DNA of 63,663 nt, filler included, from Reclinomonas americana ATCC 50394 (GCA_048213135.1; 6 parts of 5 records of this genome joined end to end with filler, not necessarily neighbours in it), one strand, 5' to 3'. Counted from the first letter of the whole stretch, positions 41,401 through 55,200 are shown. The notes: generated by a model from the sequence alone, not told the origin. Translations and numbers: made by a program.

Positions 41401-43077
41401 CGCTGCCAACTGTGCGGGTGTGAACTCCACACTCGTGTCGAGCTTGTAGGCCACAAAGGCGCGTGCATCGGGGTCGTAGTACGAGTCGAGCGGGCGACGC
41501 GCGTCCAGCGGACTCTCGTTGCACAGCAGGTAGAGCTGCTTGGCCAGCTTGCCCTTGTCCTCGTCGGTCTCCAAGTAGGCACACAGTCCCTTGACGAGGC
41601 CGAACGCGAAGTCGGCCTTGCAGCTGGCGCTGTCGAGGTGCGAGAGCGCATTGTCGACAATGCCCATCTTGGTGGTGTCCAGTGCCAGCTTGTAGCCCTC
41701 GCCACCGTGCAGCAGATCGAGCGCCTGCAAGAAGTAATCGTCGATCCACTGACCGATGCGACTCTGCGTGTCGGCCGGCAGGCCGCGCAGCCACGAATGC
41801 ACACGGGCACGCGTGTCGACATCTTGCTCCGACAAGAAGATCATGCCCATGCGGGACACCGTGGCTGGCGAGGCGTACTGCAAGTCGTGTGTCTCGAACA
41901 CAAAGTTGACATTGGGTCCGAATTGAATGCGCTCGCCGTTCGGCATGGTGAGCAGGTGGTTGTCGTCGAGCACCGAGTTCAACGCCTCAATCCACACCGG
42001 ATCGACATCACCGTCGCAAATGATCCACGATCGCACCTCGAGGGGCTCATGCACCACCTTGCGCGCACTGTGACACGTAGGCGATGTGCGCGTTGAGTCG
42101 GCAGGAGGAAGAGTAGGTGAGGATGAGAGAGAGAGAGAGAGAGAATACGCACCTGTCAGTCAGCACGCCATCTGTGAATTCGCGAGTGTTGACATCCATG
42201 TAGCCGAGCAAGTGATCGCGCGACATGGCCTTCGGGTTCATCACATGAACCACCAGCTTGATGTTGAGCTTGGCAAACGCCTGCTGCAGCACGCGCACAA
42301 TGGTGCTCTTGCCGGAGCCCGACGGCCCGACAAGCACCACTCCCATGCGCTGATTGAGAGCCTCGTAGAACTGGAGAATCTTGCGCATCTGCGAGTCCAA
42401 CATTGTCAACCGCCGCTCCTGCAGCACCTCGGCAATGGCCGCCTCCAGATCGGCGTATGCAATGTCCTCGGATCGGATGCCCGGGAACACGTCTCTGCGC
42501 AAGAAAAGTGAACACAGCGAGACGCGAAAGAGCACTTCACATGGACTGCCGTACCGAATCAGGCCCTCGAAACGACGGCAGTCGGAGAACGTCAGCTTGG
42601 ACAGCGTGTTCACACGCAAGGCCTTGATGATGAGCTCCAGTTCGGTCTCGCGCGTCATTTGCAGCCCTCGCTGCAAGCGCGTGAAGAGAAGAACATCGTG
42701 TGAGTGACACAGAGTGCATCACCTTCTGGCATTCTCTCGCTGAAGACGTACCCGCTTGGCATCCTTGACGAGACCTCCCGACACGCGCAGAATGGTTTTC
42801 AGCGCACGCAGACCCCAGTCGTAGTGCTGCTGCGGCGACAAGAGCTGCCGACTGAGCTTGAACACGGACACCAGCTTCAGCGCACACTCCGAAGCGTGCT
42901 CGAAACCCTCCGAGTACAAAATGGTCTGTGGAGCGACAAGGGTGAGCATGTTTCCTTTCTGGTAATAGTGAGGACACCCACGCCACCTCCGCAATCAGCT
43001 CATTGTCCGGTACGGACATGGCCACAGAACGGAAGAGCTGTTTCAAGTTGTCTGGCAGCTTCGAACGACCGCCGTAG
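35481..43077 (-). CDS. DYNC2H1: Cytoplasmic dynein-2 (retrograde IFT) heavy chain motor domain, AAA1 end to AAA6, many introns
   Basis: [68 protein letters not shown] (dynein-2-type AAA4), stalk coiled coil, WLLLKNLHL. Confidence 0.92.
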
Positions 43078-43130
43078 CTGCACAACGAGCAGCAAGAGGG
43101 TGAGAATTGATGACATACGGAGACACAAAC

Positions 43131-43163
<33 letters not shown>

Positions 43164-43577
43164 NNNNNNNNNNNNNNNNNNNNNNNNNNNNNNNNNNNNN
43201 NNNNNNNTTAATTAATTAANNNNNNNNNNNNNNNNNNNNNNNNNNNNNNNNNNNNNNNNNNNNGAGAGAGAGAGAGGAAGCGAGTGCCGCGAATATGGTC
43301 AGATACAAGAAAGCCAGAGCGGGTCAGACGAAAGGAGGAGGGCGACGGCTCCAGTTTTAGAGGTGACAGCAGCGAAACAGGTGGATGTGAGGTGAAGGAA
43401 GAAGAGAGAGACAGAGAAAGCAAGTGACGGAATATGGCTTGGACACAGGGGAAGGGAAGAGGTTGACGGAGCATAAAAGGAGATGTGTAACAGGTGACAG
43501 CGAGAATAGGTTAGATGCGAGGCGAAGGTAAGAGAAAGAAATAGAGAGAGAGAGAGAGAAATGGAGGGGAAGAACAC

Positions 43578-44622
43578 CCGCTTCTTGTGTCAAAATGAAT
43601 ATCTTTGAGATTGTCGAGCTCTCTTTCTCGCTGAGCCGCTCAATCACATCAACAGCACTCACTGCCACTAATCCTCCCCCTTCCCCTGTGTCTCCACAAA
43701 CCGTGACAAATGCCGACACCAACTTGTCGCGAATCTGCAGCTCCATCTGCTCCTCGGGCGGAATGAGTTGCTCGAGAAGCTCGTGCGAGCTGCGGATGCT
43801 GAGCACGTCGGCCAGGCGATTCTTGAAGGAGGCAGTAAAGGCGTCCTCGTAGCGACCACCGCTCCACTGGTGCGCCTCGGTGCTCCACAGAATCGTGGTC
43901 AACTCCACCGTCGTATGCAGCCAGCGCTCGCACAGAGTTATGCCCTGCTCCAAGCCGGTCTTGACGTCCACAAAGGTGTCGGTCCACAGGTCGAGAGAGC
44001 CGAGTCTGTGCTGCACAAATCTGCACAACATGTGGTGAGGGAAACCTCTTTCTCGCACAGTGCAGTGCAGAAAAGCACACTCACCGACAGAACGTGCCGG
44101 AGAGCACCGAAAACAAGTGCACCATGCGCGACTCGGCGTACGGCCGGCCACTGGCGTCCAGCTTCCACACTTCGTCGAGCACCGTGTTCACCAGGTCGAT
44201 CAACTCCAGCACATCCTCCATTGACTTCTCGTTGAGGATGCCGAATTCGCGAGTGAGCGGCTCGAATTGCTCGAAAAAGGCACCAGCACGCTCGCGCTCG
44301 CGTGCATCGATGCTGGGGGGAGAGACAAAAGAAGGGAGGGAGGGAGCGAGTGAGTAGAATGAACGGGATTCGTTTCCTTGCAGCAGCTGAAGCAGCAACA
44401 CACTGACCCTGGATCCTGCGACAACTCGGACCAGTACTGGAACTCGTCCATCGGCGTCAGAATACCCTTGCAGTCGTCCTCTGGTGGTCGGAGCACGCGG
44501 CCGGGCACGTTTTTGAATTGTCCACGGCGCATGCTAGCCGACAAGACGGCCTGGAACTCGGCCAGCGACGACTGGAGACGTGAGTTGTTGCGCGGGTCGT
44601 GTGATCCTTGTGAGGCCATGAG
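43578..44622 (-). CDS. DYNC2H1: Dynein-2 heavy chain N-terminal tail fragment
   Basis: GILTPMDEFQYW, LDEVWK...YAESRMVHLF, CERW, RLADVLSIRSSHELL; same strand as and upstream of the motor segment. Confidence 0.75.
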
Positions 44623-44783
44623 CTGCGCGAAAAAGGGGAAGTGTGAGGAGAGGGGAAAGGGGGGAGTGGAAAGGAGAAAGGACCAGAGGGGAAGAAGAGA
44701 AAACAGAATTAAAACAGAGAGAGAGCGGGAGGGAGGGAGGGCGGGAGAGAGAGAATAGCAGTGAGAGAGAGAGAGAGAGAGAG

Positions 44784-44926
<143 letters not shown>

Positions 44927-46078
44927 NNNNNNNNNNNNNNNNNNNNCAGGGGCAGAGAGTGAGCATGGTGCAGCTGACGAGACAGTGAGAACAGCAGAAG
45001 GAGAAGCAGAGAGGAGAACGAGTGCAAAGAGAATGAGCGCGGTGCAGAACGGTATGCACGACAGTGAAAACAGCAAGAAGAAGAGGCAGTGAGGAGGAGT
45101 GGAGAACGATGGCAAAGAGAATGAGCGTGGTGGAGAAAGGTTAAGCAGGCAGTGAGAACAGCAGAAGAAGAGGCAGTGAGAAAGAGAGGAGAACGAGTGA
45201 AAAGAGAATGAGCGTAGTGTACAAGACAGTGAGAACAGCAAGAAGAAGAGGCAGTGAGGAGAGAAGGACAATGGCAAAGACAGCAGGAAGCAGAGGAGGA
45301 GGGGAGAAGGAGTGCAATGAGAGAACGCAGCACAGTGGCCCAGCTGGCAAGAAAGCAGCAAGTCAGAGACTGAGGAACAGACAAGAGGACAAGTTGCAAG
45401 TCAGAAGGGCTACACACAGTGAGAACAATGAAGAGCACACAGGAGGAAACACACGTGAATGAGAGTGAACAGGAGTCGCCAGTGTCAACCGCCGCAATCT
45501 ATTCTTCTTTTACGCACATGCACACAGACAAACACAGAGAGACAGAGAGTGAGAGGGAGAGGGAGACAGTAACAAGTCAGAGAAGAGAACACAGAGAGCG
45601 ACTTGGAGAGTGAAAGAGTGAGAGAGGGACAAAGACTCAACTGCCCATATGCAACACCACACACAAACTGAGTGAGCAACCCTTTGTGAGAGACATGTAC
45701 ACATAGAAAGAGTGTGTGTGAGTGTGTTTGTGTAAGAACACAGAGAGAGAGAGAGAGTGACATGCATGCACAGTTGGCGCCAAATATGCACATGACTGTG
45801 TGTGACTCACTCTCACTGCACACACACACAAAGAGAGAGAGCCCGTGTGTGTCACGCAGACAGACACAGAGTGTAAGTGTGTGCGATGTGTGTGTGAGTG
45901 AGAGAATGACTGACCCTCTCTCGTTGTTTTGTTGTTGAGGTGTTAATCGGACATTAATAACGGTCACAAGCAGTGCTCGCGTGATTGGAGATGTCACACG
46001 CAAGAGTGGCCGAGGTCTCTCTCCTTCTCCTCTTCTCTCTCTCTCTTTGAGTGTGTGTNNNNNNNNNNNNNNNNNNNN

Positions 46079-47839
46079 AAGTCGGCGGCGAGGAGAGAGG
46101 CCAGCAGTGCTGCTGAGTTGCTGTTGGTGTTGGTGATGGGCGTGGTGCAGTTGGGCGAGCTGGTGACCGAGGCGGCGGTGGTCGGTTCGGCGAGTCTGCG
46201 CCTGTCGCGCGCGCTGTCGGGTTGGTCGCATGTGCTGCTGGCGCTGCTGCTGTTTGGGGTGCTGGCGCACATGGCGTTTGCGTTTGTGGAGAGCACGTAT
46301 GAGGCGACGTCGCGGCCGGTGTCGCTGGACAGTTTCTTGTCGGTGCTCGGCGTGTGGTTCACGTGGCTGACGCTGCGGAGGCTGTTTGGGTCGGGCGGTA
46401 TGCGACCCGATGCCCGTGCCGGGCACTCGACGGGCGAGCTGCAGCGCGTGTTTGTGTGGCACTCGTTGGTGTTGCACTCGACGCCCGCCGTCTTTGTCAA
46501 GCTGGCCATGCTGTGGAGCGTACCGGATCACACGGCGGCGGTGCACGCCGGCGCCGTCGGTGTGCTGACCGCGTCGACTGTGTTGTCGCTGGTCGGGGCC
46601 AGTCTCGGCGCCGTGTTTCACGTGTTCTCCTACGATGCGTGGCGCGAGTGGGGCATCACGCGGCCGGTGCAGAGCGTGATTCACAGTGTCTCGGCGCTGC
46701 TCGTGCTGTCGTCGGCCGCCTCGTTTGCGCTCTCCGTTCGCAGTCTCGGCACGTGGTACACGGGTCTGTTGGTGTCGGTGGTGGCCGAGGCGGTGGTGTG
46801 GGTGTCGCGATTCGGTGCGCACCGGCAGGCGCGCGTATGGAAGGGCGAGGAGCGGCCGTGGTGGAACCGGCTGGTGTACGCGGCCGCCAATGTGGCGTTC
46901 TCGTTGGATGTGATGAGTGCGCTGCGCGATTCGTTCTTTTTGAGCAGTGTGCCGGAGTCGAGGGCCACGAGGAGGGCCATTCGTTGCGTGGAAAGGGGGG
47001 GGAGAAAAAAGGAAGATAGGGGCAAGGGGGATATAGAAAGGGAAAGGGGATGAAAGGGGAGAAGGGTGTGAAGGGAGGTAGGACAGAGAAAGTTTGAGTT
47101 TTCATGTGACTGGCAATGGAGGAATGACGACAGCGACATATGACTTCAGAGCTCAACAGAGCTGCGTGACTGGACGATATCAGTTGTGACTGTGACGCGC
47201 CTAATGGAGAGAGGCGTGGTACGTGCTCTTGCAAACCCAAAAGAAGACGATAGAGTTTCGCGAGTGACTGGCAGTGCACAGAGGTATGACAATAGTGATG
47301 AGTGAGATGGGGCAACTGCCAGCCAAGAGAGCACGATTGAATTTCTCGGGAGATTGTCACTGCAAAGAGATGTGTGACAGCGACGAGTGATTTGGAGAGA
47401 GTGGTGGAGACTGCTCAGGAGAGTATCGCGAGTTGAGTGGGCACTGCACGAATAAGAGATAAAACATGCTTGTTGAAAGTCGCCTTTTGTGAGTACGAGA
47501 CCACAACTCACCGATTCCTTCCCGTGCAGAGAAGCGCCGGATTACAACCGCTCGCTGGTGGTCGTGCGCCATGAGCTTCTTCATTCGGCTGGTGACGTGC
47601 TCGGTGGCGCTCGTCATCTTGCAGCGACCGTCGCAGGCGTTGGTGTCGGCGCCGACGTCGGTGTCCACGATGATGGGTTTGTGATCAGTGAGTGGTTGGA
47701 GGAGGTCAAGAGATGTACTCACTTCCTCCGTGCAGTCTTTGTGGTGGTCCTCTCGCTGCTGGCGTTTGCCGCTGTGCTCATGGTGTTGCGGAGGTCGCTC
47801 TCCCATGTGCCAGAGTTGGATCTTGATGCAAGCAGATAG
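46079..47839 (+). CDS. Multi-pass membrane protein, possibly XK-related; 5' end and middle exons unresolved
   Basis: Long hydrophobic ORF 46079-46982 with several TM-like stretches; HSTPAVFVKL weakly like the XK-family ESAPQ motif; terminal exon with a TM segment. Confidence 0.45.
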
Positions 47840-49929
47840 GCGGGTTTGGCAAGAGTACTAGTGAACAATAATGATCGTTTTTACCGCGCAGTTGTCACGA
47901 GCTGTGGTTTCTCTGCAGTAGCGACGCGATGGTTCTAATTGCCCTGAGGCTGCTTCAGCTGGTGGGAGATTGATTTGGTTCTGGTTTTGAGCCAACTGAT
48001 AGTTCAAGGTCGAAATTTTCGCCCAAATTCTCCTCGAGAACAACACGCGCGCAACACCCCTACCCCCTCCCGCCAAACACGCTGAGGCAATGGAGCTCGC
48101 TGCGTCTCAGTCAGGGGAGCATGTCATCCCCACACACCCCGCTTGTTCCGTTCTGTGTACTGTTGGCTCATTTCATCCCTCCACGCTGCTCTCATTGTTA
48201 TCTCCTCTTCGCAGCGCTAGCCGCGGCCGCCTCTGCCGCAGATGGTCGCACGAGCCCCGGCATACCAGTAGATGCCTCCGAGGACGACGAGGAGGATGAG
48301 ATCATCATTCCATACCCCACTGACAGTGCTCTGCGGTTGTTTTTATCTGTTGTTCTGCTCACTCTGGTCTCATAACTTCACTCAGTCTCAGCGGTCGAGC
48401 GCGTCATGAACGTGGATCGCTGTCGCAAGTTGTGTTGTGGACTGCTGTCTGATCATTCCATCTCTTGTGACCGTCTTCGACACAGCATTGTTCGCCAAGA
48501 TCTCCTCGCAGCGCTTGAGACGCTCGCCTTGATTCCTCCCCAGGAAAAGGTTCGTCTCTGCGGGCAGTCTGCATACTCGCACACGTGGTCTCACTGTCAA
48601 CCGAGCAAATCCGCCTCTGCAGTCCGAGGAGGAGCTGGAAAGCGAGCAAAAGTTGACGGAAATCGCATGCAGGCTGCAGAATCCTGTGTCTGAGGACGAT
48701 CTGCGCGACTTGCTCCCCAAGGTCACTGACCTGTCGCTGCATGTGGACTCGCCTCACCTGACCGATGAGTTTACGTGGAGTGCGGGAAGCTCGCCGACGT
48801 CGTCCGTGCATGATCTCGATGGTTTGTGTGATGTGCGTGCATTCTGCCGGGGTTCGCGATCGCGGTTCAGGGCTCAGAGATACATATTTTGATTACAGTG
48901 TTCAGATTCAGTGAGGTTGTGGAAGGGCCTGTGAAGGGCAAGCACGGAGGATTCTTTTTTCTAGTTCGTGCGAAGAAGACCGGGCGAGTCCACAAGCGCT
49001 ACATTAGCCGTGCATCGGCTCTTGAGCTGTCGCCTGCTGAGAAGGAGCTTCTGCCAGAGCTGCCGGAGTGACAACTGCGCAGCTTTATTAGCTCTCGCGG
49101 CTTGCAGTTGACGTTAGAGTGCAGAATGTAATGGGATCCTCATTGTCACGAGAAGAACGAACGCGGTTTGAGGAGTGGATCCACGAGTACTTCGAGCAGC
49201 ACGCGTACGCTGAGGACTCTGCTGCGCCTGATCTCAAGACGATCGAACCGGCTCATGCAGCTGCAGCCTCTCTTTGTAAACAGCTGATGCACAGTCGAAA
49301 CTGTATGTGACGGACAGGAGGGTGGGTAGGCATCTCCTTCAGATGCCGTCAGCACCACTATCTTCTCCACACGGCGGCGCACACGCTCATAATGGCCGTG
49401 GTGACCATAGGGGACTCTGCATCGTCATGTACCTGTCGCCACATTTCCCCTGCACTATCTGACAGACCGACTAGATAGTGCCAAAGCAAAAAATCGAAAT
49501 TCAATTCACGAAATTGGTTTGTTCGAAGCACCGAGATGCGTGCAGGAAAGGCAGCCTGCTTCTGCCGTCAAAACTGGTGGTTGCATCGGTGTCTGGACAC
49601 AGCTGGACTTGGCCGTCGAGACAGCTGCTGCTAGTGATGGTTCGGCAAGCCGAGTGAATTCGAATAATAATTCGAATTGGTTGATCCATTGCATTTGATC
49701 CTGAACTCGAATTCGAATTGAACGCGACGCACTCCAGACCCATGCAACACTTCCTCTAAATTGCGCACAATTCCACCTCTTCGAGGACACCGGAGGTGAT
49801 CGAAGCAACACACACAGTATCTCCGAAACCCGAACACGACATACTTTACAACTCCGGTTGTGTCGAGCCTCCACACACCGTTTTTCACACCTCGCACGCG
49901 CTAACAGACACTCTCTGCACACTTTCATA

Positions 49930-50037
49930 ATGGGCTGCACCACCTCTCAATCCGCACTCGCCCCACACGTGCGCGACTCCACTCTTCCCAACACCAAAGG
50001 TAAGCAAGTGTGCGTGTGTGTGTGTGTGTGTGTGTGC

Positions 50038-50079
<42 letters not shown>

Positions 50080-50500
50080 AACTGTGTGTGCGTGCGTGCG
50101 TGTGTGTGTGTGTGTCAGTGCGACAGAAGGCTGAGAGTTGTTCGCTTGGTAANNNNNNNNNNNNNNNNNNNNNNNNNNTGCACGTCTTCCTCACACACAC
50201 ACACTCTTTCTATCACTCTCTCTCTCTCTCTCTCGCAATGTTTCTTCCTTCTTGTGGTGTGTTGAGAACACTTGCATTGTGCCATGCATCCTCCTTTGGT
50301 TGTCATCTTTTTATGTGCACTTCGCCTGGGACGACTGCATGTGCACGGCTCCCTCTTTCTCTCTCACATACACAGCTTCTCGCTCGGCTGTGGTGTGTGG
50401 CTCAGTGTCTCGTATCATGCATTCTCGTTCTGTCGCCATTGTTCACCTGGAAGTCGTATTCTTTTGTGCACTGGCTCTCGGGACGTTCTGCATGTGCATG

Positions 50501-50539
<39 letters not shown>

Positions 50540-51220
50540 CACAGTGTCTTTCTTCTTCTGGTGTGTTGAGAGCACTTGCATTGTGCCATGCATCCTCGAT
50601 GGTTTTCATCTTTATGTGCACTTCGCCCGGGACGACTGCATGTGCCCGGCTCCCTCTTTCGCTCTCTCGCACACAGCTTCTCGCTCGGCTGTGGTGTGTT
50701 GGGAGCACTCTGCGTCTCGTATCATGCATTCTCATTCTGTCGCCGTTGTTCGCCTGGTAATCATCTTCTTTGCGCAACTCCCTGGACGATTGCATGCGCA
50801 CGTACCCTTCTCTCTCTCTCTCTCTCTCTCNNNNNNNNNNNNNNNNNNNNNNNNNNNNNNNNNNNNNNNNNNNNNNNNNNNNNNNNNNNNNNNNNNNNNN
50901 NNNNNNNNNNNNNNNNNNNNNNNNNNNNNNNNNNNNNNNNNNNNNNNNNNNNNNNNNNNNNNNNNNNNNNNNNNNNNNNNNNNNNNNNNNNNNNNNNNNN
51001 NNNNNNNNNNNNNNNNNNNNNNNNNNNNNNNNNNNNNNNNNNNNNNNNNNNNNNNNNNNNNNNNNNNNNNNNNNNNNNNNNNNNNNNNNNNNNNNNNNNN
51101 NNNNNNNNNNNNNNNNNNNNNNNNNNNNNNNNNNNNNNNNNNNNNNNNNNNNNNNNNNNNNNNNNNNNNNNNNNNNNNNNNNNNNNNNNNNNNNNNNNNN
51201 NNNNNNNNNNNNNNNNNNNN

Positions 51221-51265
<45 letters not shown>

Positions 51266-52122
51266 CCTTCTCTCTCACTCCCTCCCCTATCCTCCTCCCT
51301 CCTCCCTCGCCACTCACAGGGCTCCGAGGACCGCGGTGAGGTGGCCACCCGCTACGTGCACGCCGCGGCGCACACCGCCTCAGTGAAGCACATCATCATG
51401 CTCTCCGTGCCATTCGCCAGCGAGCGCACCGACATTCTCTTCCAACGCCAGGTTTTTCTACATGTCCCTTTCTCTCGACAACCTCGAAATGCCCAGCATC
51501 CCTCTCACACCCCTTCTCTTGATCGCCAGTTTGCCGGCGCCGAGGCCGCCATCAAGTCGTGCGGCAAGAGCTACACGATCCTGCAGATGGACTTCTTCCT
51601 CGAGAACATGTTTGGCATGGCGGCCGGTATCAAGGCCTCCAAGAAGGTGTACATGCACCTGGGTGAGGACGGCTGGTTTGCCGGCTCGTCGGTGCAGGAC
51701 TTTGCGCAGTGCGTGGCGGCGATTGCGGCCAACTACAAATCGGCGGTCACCAAGAACAAGACGATGGTGCTGACCTCTGACGACAAGTTGCGCGGCGGGA
51801 GGGCGTGCGCGCTTTCCTTCGTATGTTGCTGATGCATGTGCATGTACGCAGGAACACTGGCGCCGGCATTGCGCTCATCCTCACCGAGGTGACGCAAAGC
51901 AGCGAGTCGTACGAGTACGTGAATGTGGTGGATCGCGAAGCCGTGGTGGGCGCCTTCAAGTCGCTGGGCATGCCCGACTGGCAAGCCGAGGGTGTGTTTG
52001 AGCTGCTGGACATGTATGCGCACAGCAAAGGACCCGCACCCAGCGGCCACGTGGAGAAAATCACTGGCAAGAAGCCAACGTCACTGCAGGACTTGCTGGC
52101 CGGTGGTGCTGCCATGTTCTGA
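49930..52122 (+). CDS. Second NmrA-like protein with N-terminal MGCTTS extension; middle exons in N gap
   Basis: Shares DFFLEN.(F/Y)[31 protein letters not shown] with 23655-24631; introns 51451-51529 and 51787-51851. Confidence 0.82.
50225..50770. repeat. About 310-bp diverged direct duplication inside an NmrA intron
   Basis: cacttgcattgtgccatgcatcctc...gtctcgtatcatgcattctc at about 50270 and about 50573. Confidence 0.8.
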
Positions 52123-52222
52123 AGCTCCTCCTACTTTACTCTATTTTTAGGCGACAGTATAATCGCGCGCGCGCGAGGGAGTGTGACTTCAATAGGATAA
52201 TACATCGGGGACGTTCATTTTC

Positions 52223-55200
52223 TCACCATCGCGGAGGCGCGTCGGGAGCCTCGGCACGCCATCGCCGGCGCAAATGCACCTGCTCCAGCGCCACGTCGAC
52301 CGCGTGTGCGATTTGTGCATCCAAGCCAGCCACGGGATCTGCAGCCAGGGTGCGGTGAGAAGGATGCCAAGATGACACACACACACACACACATCTGCTG
52401 GTCGACAAACCCTGGATGTCGACCGTGTCGCCCGGCGATCTTCGATACAAGTCGTAATCCTGCGCCACGGGCGTTTCGCCGACAGCATGCGGCGGTGAGC
52501 GGAGAGCTGCCGAGCTGCCGCCACGCTGTGCCGGTGGTGACAGGACGATGCGCAGGTTGCGCGACGGTACCGTGAGGCCTGCCAGCAGCAAGATAAGGGG
52601 CAGGCGAACATGTTCGAGATTGCGACGAGAAACGCACCGGAAGAGGGCGTGGGGTCGTCCATGACCACGTGCGTGGTGGTCAGAGTGAGCAGCGCGTCGC
52701 TGACGGGTCGCGGTATCGGCAGGCGAATGCCGAGGGTGGCGCTCAACGGCCAAAACACGGCAAGAACAATGACGACGGCCCACACAATCACCAGCACAAT
52801 GCCGAGCGTTTGCACGCCGAGTTGCTCAATGCCGCCCTGCCCATGATGAACACCAGAGGATTAAAGGAAACTGAAATATCTTGGTACAATGCAAGTCGTC
52901 ACTCACCCCCAACAGTAACCCATACTGCGAGGTCACTGCGGTGTGGTACGTCTCAGCCACGGCGCTCCGGTTGGCAAACAGTCCGACAGCGAACAGTCCC
53001 CACGCACCGCTACATCTCACCGCTTTCAGTGATTTGCTGAAAAATGCCAACAAGAAACGCCTGACATACCTGGCCGTGTGCACAAGCACCACATGCACCG
53101 GGTCGTCCAGACGCGCCAATCGTTCGAGCGACGGGCACACGAGGGCGAACATGAGGCCGGCAAGCACTGCCATGCAATTGAGATTGTGAGCAAAACCGAG
53201 AAAATGAGGAAACGATGTCGAAAAANNNNNNNNNNNNNNNNNNNNNNNNNNNNNNNNNNNNNNNNNNNNNNNNNNNNNNNNNNNNNNNNNNNNNNNNNNN
53301 NNNNNNNNNNNNNNNNNNNNNNNNNNNNNNNNNNNNNNNNNNNNNNNNNNNNNNNNNNNNNNNNNNNNNNNNNNNNNNNNNNNNNNNNNNNGAAACACAC
53401 CGCCGACAATCACAGCCGCCCACGTCTCGATGAGAGAGCCGGCGGCGCCGGTGGCGCTCGCACCGGCCAGCACGCCGAACATCGCCAGGAATGTGGGCTG
53501 CACGGGGAGTACTCGGCGCGATACCATGCACCACAGGTACACGATGATGCCTGAGGGGGCAGGGAAAGGGGGTGGAGGGGGGAAGGGGTGAGGGGGGCAC
53601 GAATGAGAAGAAGGGAGTGAGAGTGAGATGGAGAGGTGCAGAGGACAAGAAAAGGAGGCAAACGAGCAGAGGGAGATTACAAACGCGAGTTGAAGCAAAG
53701 CGCAGGAGGTGAAGTTCAGAGCTACAAGATACAACGTGAGAAGCAGAAGAGGAACGAAGGCGAGCGAATGTTAAGCGATGTGACCACCGTTGGAGACTTC
53801 CGTGCTTTCCCCACCCTCTGTCCACGATCGCACTGTCTTGTCGCAGGAGCATGACAGGAGCGGCCACGACTCTGCAGACACGGCCTGTGGTCTCCACGCC
53901 ACATCTGACATCCAGTACGTGTGCCCTCGCAGCACCTGTTCCTCCTCGCCATAAAGAAGGGCAGATGCCAAGAGCGAGGAGAAAGAAGCGACCAGACGTG
54001 CGCAGAGCGAAAGTAGCAGAAGCGAGGGTGCGTGTTGACGGAATCACAACCGCCAGTGATCATTGGCCACGAGAATCTGAGATACAAGAAGTGGGGAGCA
54101 ACGAGTGTGCACGAAGAGAAGGTGATATTTAGCGCAAGGGAAAGGAGTTGTCAAGCAGCAAGTGTAGCGATAAGGAAAGAGACATGTACATCCGGACCAT
54201 GACGGATGCAAGAAACGGGAAGCAAGAAGAGTGCACCAACATATGTAAGCTGAGATGAAGTCATCAAGGAGCGAGTGTGTGGTTTGGTGGTCTGACAACA
54301 GACCAAACAGCACAACAAGATGCAAGAACTAGAAATTAACCAGTGTACACGAACAGAGAAAGATATTAAGCGGAAGAGAAAAGAGTCGAATTAGCTGAGG
54401 TAATGCAGCAAGCACGAGATGCAAGATATGGGAAGCAAGGAGTCTATACGAATAGAAGGAAACAAGCGCAAGATGAAGCAAAGCGGCTGCCCTCCATCCA
54501 AACCACCCTCCCTCCAACCACATACCTCCACCAGCCGAGCCAATCAGCACATTGATGGCGGCCTCGGCGGATTCGCGCGTGTCGAGCAACGAATGACCGG
54601 CGGTGTTGATCGCCGCAATCGACTGCGCACTCTGGAACACCAGCGCACTCCACAGCAGCAGCGCCGCCACCATGGCCAGCAGCACGTTCTCCATCGACGT
54701 GCCACTCGGCAGTGGTGGCGGAGGTGGTGGAGTTGCTGAAGGCGACGTTGCCTCGGCCACATCCCGCGGCGCGCTGATACGGCCGTACCGCGGACCCACC
54801 AGCAGCAGAAGTACGAGGCGCATCACACCGGCATACACATGCACCGTGCCAATGCCCGACGGATCCAGAAAGCCGTTTGCACCGACACGACCTGTCGTCG
54901 TGTGGCGGAACGGAGACAGGAAGCCGCTGGCCGAGAACAAGGCTGCGCGCGCGGCGTGGTGAGGGGTGGAGGAGGGATCAGTTCATCTCTCGAAGCTCAC
55001 CATACGAGAGTGGCGGAAACACGATCGTGGACACCACGAGTGCCAGCACCAGTGTGGCCCACAGGCGGATTGGCAGTGCGGTGCACGCAATGGCCACCGA
55101 CAGCGACACGAGCACCCATTGCGCGAGCAGCGTCAACGAGTCGGTGGCGTAGCCGTGCTCCGCGGCGGTGCTGATGACGTGACCGACGGTCCACAGGCCA

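Noticed and set aside
49657..49720. Clustered GAATTCGAA motifs as heat-shock elements or B-boxes
   Set aside because: Spacing does not fit nGAAnnTTCn and there is no tRNA fold; unsupported.
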